NCBI GenBank assembly: GCA_043228905.1
Contig: JBHGNT010000140.1
Coordinates: 1-64,000 of the forward strand
Direction of reading: 5' to 3'
DNA: 64,000 nt
Source: Azolla caroliniana
Lineage: Eukaryota; Plantae; Polypodiophyta
Positions 52,103 through 64,000 of this stretch are shown one piece after another (positions within the stretch are counted from its first letter, which is position 1; every line of letters begins with the position of its first letter). Under the pieces are notes generated by a model that had not been told where the DNA came from, did no database searches, and saw only the letters and a program-made list of their open reading frames with translations. A program made the translations under genes and the position numbers.

Positions 52103-53243
52103 AAAATATGAAAAGACAATAGAGAAGAGATGTCACTCAGGCACTATTTGCTAGTCACAACTTAAGTAAACCAGTAGGGGATATGCTAAATGGGATAGAT
52201 AAACCACAACAGTGTATATATTCTCTGTAAAGTTATAGGGGTGAACATAGCCAACACCGTGACCATAACCACAGAAACCTCAGTTGCATCCTATATGCAA
52301 ATGCATTTTCTACATGTGGAACAAAGGTGTGATGGCACCAAAATAACCTAACAATACCTGCACATCCAAAATCCATACAAAATCCATATTGATCACCTTC
52401 AGAACATTTGATTCACATGTAAGTTTACTCATCAATTCCAAACCTGTTCAGTATCACGAAGTAAGTAAATTAAATTAACATTCACATTTTCTTTGACAGG
52501 AACTTAATTTGGACGCCACAGAGGTGTTCTCACTTTTCTTGTTCTGGGTTGCCTATGAGATTGCGTCACAGTGTTCAACCAAACCCTTGCTTTGCTTGAA
52601 TGAATTTGCAAAATATCTTTTCTCTGAGCTTACAAACTTTGCACGAGCATCTAATCTCGAAGATGATGAGCAGTTTTCCGAAGTAGATATAGTGGCATCA
52701 TGGTCATCATTTCCTTCCCTCATTTCAGTTGTAACAGAGGGTTTTTCATGGTATGTTCTCTGTCTACACTCTTGGATTAGAGGGTTGCAGCCCACTAGCA
52801 AAGCCGGAAAGAAGAAGAAAAAAGGCTCAGCGGCTCAAGTGATAGGAGATGCCTCAGCTGATTCTAATCTCCTCACAGTTCTCCATAGATGTACTGAAGA
52901 GTTCTGTATTGAATTAGAGAAATTAATGTCATGGACCAGATTACTATCTGGAGCTTTGAACGTGAAGAATGAGAGTGTTTATGTAGATTTACTTGCAAAT
53001 GGAAAGGAAATGAGTATTGTTGATAACAATTTTGTGAAGCCTGGTTTGGTCCTCTATGCCTTGGTGGTCTCAGGTTCTTCTTCATCAGTGAATGAGATGG
53101 GCGAGAGGATTATATCAATATTTCAGAATTGGCAGCCTGAAGTCACGTGTAGAACAATAGTGGAAGGTCAGTGTGATGCTTTGCATGATCTGATTAGCAT
53201 ATTATCATCAAGGATTAACACATTACGGTGTGTTATGCGGTAG
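45144..53243 (+). CDS. NAA25: N-terminal acetyltransferase B auxiliary subunit (NAA25/MDM20/TCU2), about 19 exons
   Basis: Exon 1 ERRLRPLWDAIDSRHYKSALKL..LLAKHPDS; later exons LKALVLERM..EEAL, MMGLFNCYVRDYSFLKQQQ, IAMKMYK..EERFLLWAICSIQLQ, LRRGPFIGNIEIE, FGHMVSFTSD, LDPQECMHGEE, YKTLDIKNILIETMSHH, AYRHCNYSKV, RPWWSPTP. The last exon is ~52500-53243. GT-AG introns. Confidence 0.93.
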
Positions 53244-56188
53244 ATCTCCTTTTGTAATTCTGGAAATGTCTAAAATGTGAGGAACAAATCTGTTTTCCAC
53301 ATCTGTTGTAATAATTTTTGGGGCAGTTCTTTAATAGCTCACTGAGGAACAACTAAAGCAAACATCTCTTCGATTTCAGATATCGTGATCTGATGTTGTG
53401 AGTATTTTTTCCCTAAGATTTTGACTTAGTTTTCTAGCATTAGACCACTTTTTCTAAGTTCTATTTTTTTCATTGAATGTAATTGCAATCAAGCTCCTTT
53501 GTTCTAACTCTTGGAGGATTCCTTTCACATAACTTTTTGAGGATACCGCTTGACTCTTGACTTCCTTTTACAGTATAGTTTGCACAAGGTATCATGGTAT
53601 TCTTTGAGCCTAAGTTGTTTAAAAGTCCAATGACTTCACGTTGTAGATGGCAGCTATTAGTTTATGATTCACCAGAGGTGATGAGCAAAAATCTTTCAGG
53701 TCTTTTTGTGCTTTTAATTTTGTGAAACATGTTTTAGTTTGAAAGCGCGATAGCGTGATTGTCATGTGAAATCAGTGTCCTTGGATGTGTGTTCCCAGCT
53801 TTGATATCATGCAATCATTGGATTTGATATCAGATAGGTTTATATATCAACATGAGCTATAAAGTTAGCTTGAAATGATGGTATTTGAAAGATTATGTAA
53901 AAGAAATTATCTAATGAGATTGTTACTATAGAATAAAGCTTACATAATTCATGGAGAAACATTGTCACACTAGTAGCAGTATCCTGAATATTCATCATGT
54001 TAGTAGTGGTAGCGTATTTTTAGTTAGAGTTGATTATAAGTGAATTGTGTGTGATTTTGAAAAAGCTTTTAAAGATTGTTTTGCAGAAATTTCATTGAAG
54101 CTTTTGCTCAAGGAAATTCATAGATTTATGCATGTACGATGCTTATGCTTACTATTTATGTATTTAATAGCTAACCTCAATATTTAACGGATGTTTGAAG
54201 GGGAAACAGAAATATCAATACTAAATTACTATTTCTACAACCTACATTACAGCTGAATATAAAAGTAGATATTTTAAGAGTGGTTTTTCTCTTTCTGCTT
54301 TTTATAGTAATATTTTTGGATAAATTGCACTGTGCACTTGTCTGTGTCCAGTTTGATTCCATCTAGTGTGAATGTCCCTCAACAATTGGTGGCTTCTTCA
54401 AAAGTTCCTCCCTCAACTCTTGGTGCAATTCAAGTGTTCTCCTCTCTAGTGAAGAGGGTGCTTTGCATTCGTCAAATTCATTGACAAACATTATGTGTGA
54501 CTAGTTGGTGATTGTAAATGGAAGCTCCACATGTATCATGCCTATCCATGTGCTATTTTCATCAGTTATAAAGTTGGCCACATAAAGGTGTATGCTTGGA
54601 CTCATGGCCATGGAAGATTTAGAGTTAAGTCTTGAGGATGTTAAATTTGCTTTGTTATCTACTTGGTTGTTAGGTACATTTTATCCACTAAGTGCAAATT
54701 GTGCATAATAAACCCTAAGACATAAAATAATTGCCTAGATTCTCCGTTCATGACCCAACATAATAAGAAGGGATCATTGCAATAGTAAGCAATAGGTCAA
54801 GATGGCCATATGTTCCTTATGTGCCCAGTTCCAATCATCAACAACCCTATAGATGTAGGTATCTATGAGTGAACCCATTACTTCAGTTTAGATAGCTCTA
54901 CATTTTTCAAAATTACCAATATGCCAGTTTATCCCTCCAACAAATGAAAACATCACATCACTAACATAAGAAAATAAATAACCTAGGTATCTATGAGTGA
55001 ACTCATGTTTGATCAACCATGTGGATAATTGACCTTGTGTCAAATCAATATAAAAGTATTTTGGATCGATAGTAATTTAGTAAACATATCAATTAAAACA
55101 TCTCCTATTTATACACCTCAAAATCAATTAAGTCACTAGCATTTGATACTAATTATTCAAAAAGCTAACATTTGAAAATTTGTGAAAATACCTAGGCCAA
55201 AAAAACTCTCTACCCATATAATCTATCTATCATTGTTCTCACTAGTGTGAATTGTGTCTAGGTGATCATAGCTTAGCTAGCTTGTTTCATGATGAGCCAT
55301 GAAGTTGAGCAACTATCAAGAAGATGTTGGAAAAGTGGTTAACAAGTGGATATTAGAATGAATTAGTTACAAAACATTGAGCAAAAAAGGTCCTCTTATG
55401 CAGACAATCATTTAATAGGTGAGATTGAAAACCTTAATGTGTAGATAGAAAAACATTTCGCTTGTGCCTCTAGAATAAGTCACCATCATCATCACTCATC
55501 CTATTGTTGTTGATAATGATTAGGAACACTAATTGGTCTACATTGAGTAACCATATGGCAGGTCACAAACTAGGAGAATTTGCACCTATAAGAGGTTTCC
55601 AAGGACATGATAATAGTGACAACGGATCTTGCCAATTACAAAAGTGCTTGCTATAGATAATGAAAGAGGATCAATTGTAGGAGCACAAGTTTCAACAAAG
55701 TATTTTTGTATGTAAGCTACAAGATTGTTTTAGTCTTTCAAAAGCAAAGGAATCAAGTCTTAAAATATAGAAAAAGCTTGTTACGACAAAACTTCGAAAA
55801 AGTATTCGTATAAATATCAAAAGCTTTTTGTTTGTTTTCGAATTTTATCTAATGGCTTTGTTATTTCCGAGCAGAAACAATTCTTTTAAATATGCGAATC
55901 ATTTAAAAAAATAATTTCTTTATTTTTCATGGAATAACCCATGCCATTGTACATCCTAATAAAGGGTACCCAACATTATTCATGTTTGACAAAGAGTTTG
56001 GATGTCACTTTAGGAACCAAAATCAAAAGATTTAGAATTACAAATACTATAGTAGTCACGTGAGAGTCCTTAAAAACACATTTATTGGGTATTATATATG
56101 TAACATTTCTTAAACCTCCCCATTTATTAAATATTGCATAGCAATAAACATTACAAAAAGCATAGACTTCTCATATAACACAACATGA

Positions 56189-59100
56189 TCAATTTTTATC
56201 AGAACTTAGAACTTGGGGAGTTGGAGTTGCACCTATTGAGTCACTAGAAAATGTCCTAGAGCTTTTCCATGTGTGATTATAGATATACCATTTTGCAAAT
56301 ATAAGGAATAACAAGAAGCTACAAAAACTAAACCCTGCAAGGAGTAAGTAAAAGTAATCCAAACGACCATCATTTAGGTCATTTGCAAGCCAACCAAGGT
56401 TTCCATCATGTTTGGTTCGTCCATTAATACTACTAACTAGTGCACTACTAAAGAAAAATCCAATTGAAAATGAACCAAGGCATAAGCCTGTGGTGAAACT
56501 TCTCATACCATATGGAGATTCCCTATAGAATAAGTCTAGTTGGCCAATGTAAATAAGCGCGTTTGCAACTCCAGTGAGTACATATTGGGGGACAAGATAG
56601 AAAACACTCATTGGGAGAGTTAATGTGGTATGTCCTAAGTTTTGAATATCATGTGCTACTATGAGTCTTTTCCTTTCAACTATTGATGCAATAACCATTG
56701 AAAGAATGGATAATATTAAGCCTATACCGATACGTTGAAGGCTTGTAATACCATACTCATTTCTTCTCCATGACCTAACAAATGGAATCAATACTCGATC
56801 ATACAATGGGAGTGTAACTAGGACAGATACTTGCATGAATACGGTTAATGAGGCTGGAGGGATCTCAAAGTTCCTTCCTATCTTTCGATTTAAAGTTACT
56901 CCTTGCTCAACAGAGAATGTAATCATTTGTGCATATGTTGTCCAAAACATTGTAGTGCTTGCAAGTATGGGTAACAATCGAAGAAACATTTTAACTTCTT
57001 CTATTTTGGTAATGGAAGAATGTGTCCATGGGCTTTGAATCATATTGAATGTCTTGTTTGTAGGTTCAGGTATAAGAGCAGCCTTGTCTAAACACCTGAT
57101 GTCAAAAAAAAAGTCATACAAGTGAAATGCGTTATAAAATGGGTGTAAAAGAAAAGTATTTAAATCCAAAATATGTTCCACATTTGCAAAACTTACTAAG
57201 TCTAAAACATTTATCATTTCATATATGTCGTGAAATAATTTTCCTATATTGACAATCGATGACGAGAAATGAGTGGATGGGATGTCGTGGAAGTGAATTT
57301 TGTAGAATCAAATATTTATAACTTCTATAACATCTAATTTCAAAACACTTGAGCTCAATATTTTTAAGTAGCCCTTGTTTGTTTTTGTTTTTTTCCAAAA
57401 AATGTAGCCCTTGTTTTTAATTTGATTAAATATACGTAGCATGATAAAAAGTTTTGGGCACCTCACGTAACAAAAATCCTGATGCAATCTTTTAGTCTCT
57501 AGTTTCTATTATGTAGATATGAAATTCCATTTTTCGATACAAGAATGTATGTTCCCTTTTAAGATTAATCCTCAAGTCGTGTTAAATTGAAACATGTTTT
57601 GTTTTGTTTGCCTCAAATTTTTATGTGATTTAATACGATCTAATGTTTGTTCAATTAATGGAAACTTAGATGTCAAATATTTGCGCTTGATGGCATCAAA
57701 TGATGCTTATCAAATTTCATACATTTGAAAGTTTTATGCATATTTTTTGGATATTCCATGATTAAAGAGAGTCTCATAGTGTATGAAATAAATTGATCAT
57801 ATTTTGTGTCTTTAAAGAGTTCATAAGAAGAATTTACATAGTCAAAAGTACTCGAGCTAGGTCGAATATCAAAGAGAAAACACAATCTTATTTATAATGT
57901 TGTAATCCTGAGGGAACCTTTTGCATATACAAATTTACAATGGATCTTTTTTTAAATATCAATAAGCTGCCCACCATCTAATATCACATGTGAACACAAA
58001 CTTGTTTTTCTCATGTCCTAGAAATTATGACTAAATTGTAAAAAATAAGAAATGGAGGGATACTCACAAGAATTGATTTGTATGAAGAAGGCTTGGTTCA
58101 CAAGAGAACTCGATTTTGTGTTCATTGGTCGAGGAACTTGGATGTGATGGGGAATCACAAACTCGTGACTCGCAATTGTGGTTATAGAAATGAGAGGTCT
58201 CATTTGGTATAAGGAAGTGACGGTTCCTCCAAGAAGCAACTAGAACTTGAGCAACTTGTGTGAGAGGACTACCTCTAGGTGGTCTAATACTATAAATTTT
58301 TGAGCCACCTATAAATAAGGCAAGAGAAATTCCCATGCAAGCAAGAGAAATGCCATACCCTACTCCTCGCCCTTGATTGTCTTGCACATATACAAGTATT
58401 GTAACGGCCATTATAGATGCCACGGACAAAGTGACTCCAAACCAATTGAAATAGGATTGCATTTTTTGCCTTCCCTTTGGGCATCCATCCTCAAATTGAT
58501 CGGCCCCTAGTCCTGATACATTGGACTTGATTCCACCAGTTCCAAGAGCTATCATATACAATCCTCCATATAATACCATTAATTGACGCGAACTTGCCGG
58601 TTCACATCGTGAACCATTTATGGTTAGTTCACATGGAGGTGGTCTTAAGCTTTCAAGAGATGCCGACAATACCATGAGGATTAATCCCTGACGATACAAT
58701 CATTTTGAGTATATTCGCGCGAGGAAAATGATTCCATATGCCAACATCTTTCAAGAATAGTTAATATAATGCATTGCTTTCTTTCACTTGAGTTATTATT
58801 GAGGTAAAATTTAACACTAATTAAATGACAAATACTTCTTGATGGAAATTTGAAAACAATGTTGCAAATAATTTGGCATGTTATACATACATGTCTTAAC
58901 CATAATGTTTGCCAAAATTCCAGAGTTTGTTTTGTCATATATTATATAGAAACAAAAATCTATTACACTACACATGCATATTACAAACCCTTGGTTGTAA
59001 TATGGTGTGCTCAAGGTGGAAACATGCAAACAAATGTATGTGTGTGTATCATGTTTGATTGATTTAAAGATAAAGGGAAATTTCTTATTGTGTTCAATGC

Positions 59101-60179
59101 AATAGAAATACAAATGGGTTGATTTTTTATTTTTTTATTTTTTTATTTTTTTATTTTTTTATTTTTTTTTTTTGGGGGGGGGGGATGGGTTGAATATATT
59201 ACTTACAACAAATTGGATGCAAGATCCAACAATTATCGTTCTATAACGACCCAAGTACGTATCTGCAATGAACCCACCTAGTAAACAAGTGAGACAAGAG
59301 GCCCCCAAAAAATTGGTAACTACATTAGCCGAACTAGGGATCGTTTCATGCATTTGGTCATGTAAGTAGGTGACCAAGTTCAATGCTATCCCTAATGTTG
59401 CTAACCTCTCACATGCCTCCATACCTAGAAACAAAACACGTGCTCATATGTTAGAACTCTTTTGATGGTGCATATATAAAACAATGAGTAAACCTTGATA
59501 ATGGATATGTCATAGCCATCAACAATTAAAATTAGTAGTTAATTTTACATGTTCATACTTGTGGTTTTGTGATGTTCTTTTCTAAGCTATGTTGAAATAG
59601 GAAGTGCTTATGGGGGCCCAACATATATTCCTTTCTATAGTTCTAAAGTAATTCCCATCTTCTTGTGCACCTTTGTTAAACATGAGCAATGTCCAAGAAT
59701 TAGTGCCAAGGGATATATCTCATATGATATCATCTACATTGTGCGCATTATTAGAGGTCCATGTATGTGGACATATTTTCATTCAAACAAAATTTGGAAG
59801 TTCTTGTTGATAACACTTTGGTTTTGCGTATTAAGCATATAAAAGTTTAACATGTTGAAACCCTTAGTTGATCCTCATGTGAGGTTAGCTTAACTATGTG
59901 ATTGTTAACGAAGTCTTCACACATAAATTACCCTAAAATATAGAAAATTGTGAGATCAACACTTGTCATAGTAGTTTCTGCCTAGTCATGCATGATGCCA
60001 AACGTAGGTGAAACAATAACTATGTCAATAGGAGCATAGCTTGGCTTTAACATCTATTGCAAAATGACAAGAGAAGAAAATTTAATAATCAAGATTAGCA
60101 CATAGACTACCCCCTAATTATGTAGATCATACGAATATTGTATGCATATGATCGTCAATTGCTTAAAGGCACACATCAA

Positions 60180-60227
<48 letters not shown>

Positions 60228-60671
60228 AGCCACCAATATGTATATGATCTAGGTCCAAGCCTATGAAGGCAACAACTACTCAGGATAAGGTCTAGTATCA
60301 ACACCCGATTCTATCTGTTGCAAAAAACATGCATAGACAAGGTGGTGAAACTTAACATTGGAAAAGCATATTGACATATGAACGATGATTATGTGGGGGG
60401 TTGGGGGGAAAGTGTGGGGTGAGAGATTAATTGGAGTGCTTATGTAATTGAAAACATAGTTACATGAGCAAATTTAATGATGATTGGAGAGTTCAGTTAC
60501 TTCATGGTAAATGTAAATGAATGAATGAATGGAGAGGAAGTTAGGCTAACTTAGGATTAAGCAAGATGCCTTCCATCCTCCTTTGTTGATGTAGCGGGTG
60601 GAGTTGAGATCATTATTAACATGGTGAGAGCTAATTGCTTGATGATCAATTGCCTTCTCAAGATCCATCAT
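56189..60671 (-). CDS. NPF: NRT1/PTR family (NPF) transporter; exons 60671-60551, 59424-59207, 58687-58068 and 57095-56189
   Basis: GGWKASCLIL|SMEACERLA (ExxER motif), LGGFIADTYLGRYRT, ALGTGGIKSNVSGLGADQF, PPRGSPLT, CLDKAA, IEEVK, TFSVEQG, LQRIGIG, PQY, LDYFY. All splice junctions are GT-AG and in phase. Confidence 0.93.
60181..60224. repeat. (TG)n microsatellite in NPF intron 1
   Basis: Pure dinucleotide run. Confidence 0.95.
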
Positions 60672-63600
60672 AGTCACACATATATTAATTAAAGTCTTTG
60701 GAACAAAGTTTAACTCTTGAGTTATATTTGTCTCTTCATGAGTTATATACATGAAGTTTCATTGCATGTGTGTGTGTGTGTGTATATTGTTATACACACA
60801 CACACACATATATATGTATATATGAAAGCTCTTTGATGTGGTCACACATTGATATAACTTTGTCTTCATCTCACCACCTTTTCTTTTCCTTCTTTCGTTC
60901 CATTTTAACTTTGAGAAAAGTAATGTCATTAATTTATATCGATAACTAGCTCCTAGAAGAAAGTAAAGTGGAAAATGAACACCACAATTCATGAGAATCG
61001 ATCATGGGTGGAAAGGACTTGGATTTGTTGATCCATGGGTATCAAATAATTGAATTTATCATTTTACTCCCATTACCATGTACATAAACATGTTCGGTTG
61101 TTTGTAGATACACACACTTGTTTTCTAGTAATATGCTAGGCATACATATATGCTCATACACATTTGTTTTCTACCCTCAATTTGCAGCAAAAACCCACAA
61201 AGAATTTTGAAAAGGCAATGACATAAAAAGGTATCAAAAGAAGAGACATAGATGTGCAAGTCGGTGTCCTAGGAACATGTAAGCATACAAAGGATTTTTG
61301 TAGGGAGTTTTGAAAATGTCAATAAGGATCAAATGCAAGAGTGAGCAAATATCCGGTCATTGCGAGTGGATCACATCATCCAAAGAGCTTACTATAAACA
61401 TGGGTAAGGTTGCAAATGGTTGTCATTCGTGGATGCCAAATCATTAAAACAATATTTGAAAATAAAAAATAGAATCCTAATTGCAAACAATGTGTGACGT
61501 ATTACGAGAACAACATTATTTACAACCTAGATTGTTAATTGTCATAGCAAAGTTTCATATGTTTGGTTTCTTCATAAAACATGGCATTGAATTTCCTTTT
61601 TAGAAATCACAATTTCATCTTACCCAACAACATGCAAGCTTATAGTTTCTCCTTCAAATATGGCTTTACAAATTTACTTCAGAGTGGATAGGACATGCTT
61701 ACGTATTAACATTGGATTGATGTATTTCTATTCTAAGAGGCATGATTATAAATTGTATGTCCTCTAATAAGCCTTGAGCACATGTAGTAATTTTAATAAA
61801 CCACATGCATTGGTTCATATTATAATGATAGAAATCTATTACTTAATTACCTCTATTCCAAGGTTCTTCGATAAGATGGGATTGATTCAATTATGCCCAT
61901 GTCCACGGACCGCAAGCTCGATTGCAACTACGTGTGGTTCCTTTACAATGTTAAATATATGCACTATAAGCGAGTTTCAATTTCGAACCTTGTGGTTGCT
62001 ATGGAGAATCTTTAATTAAGAACATAAATGCGATGACATTAAGACCGGCGAGATAATAATGAATATTTAACCAAGCGAGATCAATTTGAATATGCAATCA
62101 AAGGTACACAAGTTTAAATGTTGTTGCAACCACGAGACTTGCAATGCGATGTAGTTTGCCTCTTTTCGTTAGTGTCACGTGTTATTTTTGAGAGGTTTGT
62201 GGTACATTAACCCTCTAGTTGGTAAATGTCACTCATCCCCAACAAACATTCATAGGAAAGTTATATATTTAGCTTGGGTATTACCTTTTCTCCATTGCTC
62301 AAACTCTAACATATGTATCTTATTTGAAGCTACCTATTAGTCACTAAAAGGATTTTGGAGCTTACTAGCTCTTCTTATTTTAATTTATCTTGTAAGTCAT
62401 AGACTGATTAGTTGGTAATAACTTATTTCATAATATAAAAGTGAAGGATGTTAATATAGTTTTTTATGAGTTGAAATTTGATATGTTGTTGTGGATAAAC
62501 TTTTATGGAAATATGTTGTAGGAGTGACAATTGATGAACATACATAGCATAAACAACTCTATAGGAAACAAAATAGCATACACACACAATTTTGTTAGAG
62601 GAAGAAACGAGGATCGACTTAGAATGCTTTAAAAAACTTGAGATGTGAGATTGTAGTTTTCTAAAGGTTTAAAAACTTTATGAATAGTATCTTCAAGAAC
62701 TTAGAATGCAATTGCTCATTCAAAGATTTATTTAATAAGAGCCAATAGAGAAAATGTGTAGGGGGGGGGGTCTTTTATCTTACATTCACTATGCATACTA
62801 GAAAATGGAAGACAATCTATTGTATGTATGGAATAGATTATGTCTATCTACCAAATGTTGAATTATTGGCTATGCATGCATAAATATTCTGAAATGTGAC
62901 ATATGATCTAAGAAGGTATATTGTTTGTTAGGGTCCTTCACCACTCACAACCATTGGCTAGAGAAATGAATACTTGCCAACTAAGATGAAATGTTGGTAG
63001 TACATGGTACAAACGCATTTGAAATAATGCAAAAGATTTTGTTTACAAAGCATCTTAAGAGAATTGCATGCATAAATATTCTGAAAAAAAGAAAGATATA
63101 TGGTCAAAGAAGGTGCATCATTTCTTAGGGTCATTTGACAATCACTTAGAAAACTGGCTGAGAATTTAAAGGTTCCTTTTGTCACCCTTATGTCTTGAGA
63201 AATGGTATGCACAATACTTCCCAACTAAAATAAAATGCTGGTAGTACTTGATACAAACACGTCTAAAATAATGCAGAAGGAATTTTATTCACAACACAAC
63301 TCAAGGGAATTACTCAACTTGGTATATTCATAATAATAGACCCACTTTATTAATGGGGCTTTCCACTTCTCTTCACCCATGTACCATAATGCCCAGATTA
63401 TTCAATCACCTTGAAGCCATATCAATTGTAAAAAGTTTGGGGGTCATACATTATGCTTCTTATTGCAAATGTTTGTTGATGTCCTATGATTAGACAAGTG
63501 TCAAACCATTTTCATTGCACACATGATCAAAGAAAAATGTCTTTCATTGTGAGTTTGTGAAATATTTTATCATTTGGGAGGCCATAAATATTTGGCAATA

Positions 63601-64000
63601 TACCGCTTGAGGAAATATCATGCACTTCTAATACCTTCAATGTATAAGTGCACTACACTTGATTACTCAATTTCATTCAAGTTACAAGAACGTGGCAGCC
63701 AATAGGGTTGCTCCAAAGATTTTCGTTGGCTATTCTTACCCCTTGTTGCATAGTTAATTTGGTAAATATAAGAAATCATGCCGTATTAAAGGGCATTGAA
63801 CCTGGTGAATGGAACTCTATCTCAACAAAATAAATAGTAATTTTTGAAAAGAACCCACTAAATCATAAACAATTGATTTGGGGAACTTGGCAAATGGAAC
63901 TCTATCTCTATAGATAAAGTTTTTTTTTTGGGAAAAAAACCACTAAATCATAAACAATTAATTTGTCGAAAAGTCACAATCGATAGCAAATAAATGAATG

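Noticed and set aside
63805-63965. Two ~85-bp direct repeats (atggaactctatctc...ccactaaatcataaacaatt)
   Set aside because: A short diverged duplication at the window edge with too little context to interpret.

Overview
Eukaryotic genomic window from a land plant, probably a non-seed plant such as a bryophyte or lycophyte (inferred from the TE families and gene structure). Bases 1-33 kb are a nested transposon cluster. It holds four copies or fragments of related Ty3/Gypsy LTR retrotransposons (A, B, C on +, D on -), a 5.2-kb hAT DNA transposon inserted in the LTR of A that carries captured VTI1-SNARE and MAP-kinase gene fragments, a 1.4-kb foldback element, a decayed Ty1/Copia, and two LINE fragments lying tail to tail. 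Bases 39-61 kb are genic: an F-box/kelch gene (SAGL1/At1g55270-like), a small conserved Cys-motif gene, a truncated U6 snRNA copy, the multi-exon NatB auxiliary subunit NAA25, and an NPF/PTR transporter. The most notable signals are as follows. (1) The Gypsy family encodes Gag plus protease in ORF1 and appears to reach RT-RH-INT through a conserved G_GAU_UUU slippery site followed by a predicted H-type pseudoknot; it also has a D-H-G protease, an FLDD RT, a tRNA-Trp PBS and CG-centred insertion sites. (2) The hAT is a transposase-encoding Pack-type element with nested host-gene captures. (3) A 165-bp triplication copies the LTR/hAT junction. All calls were made by eye, without database searches.
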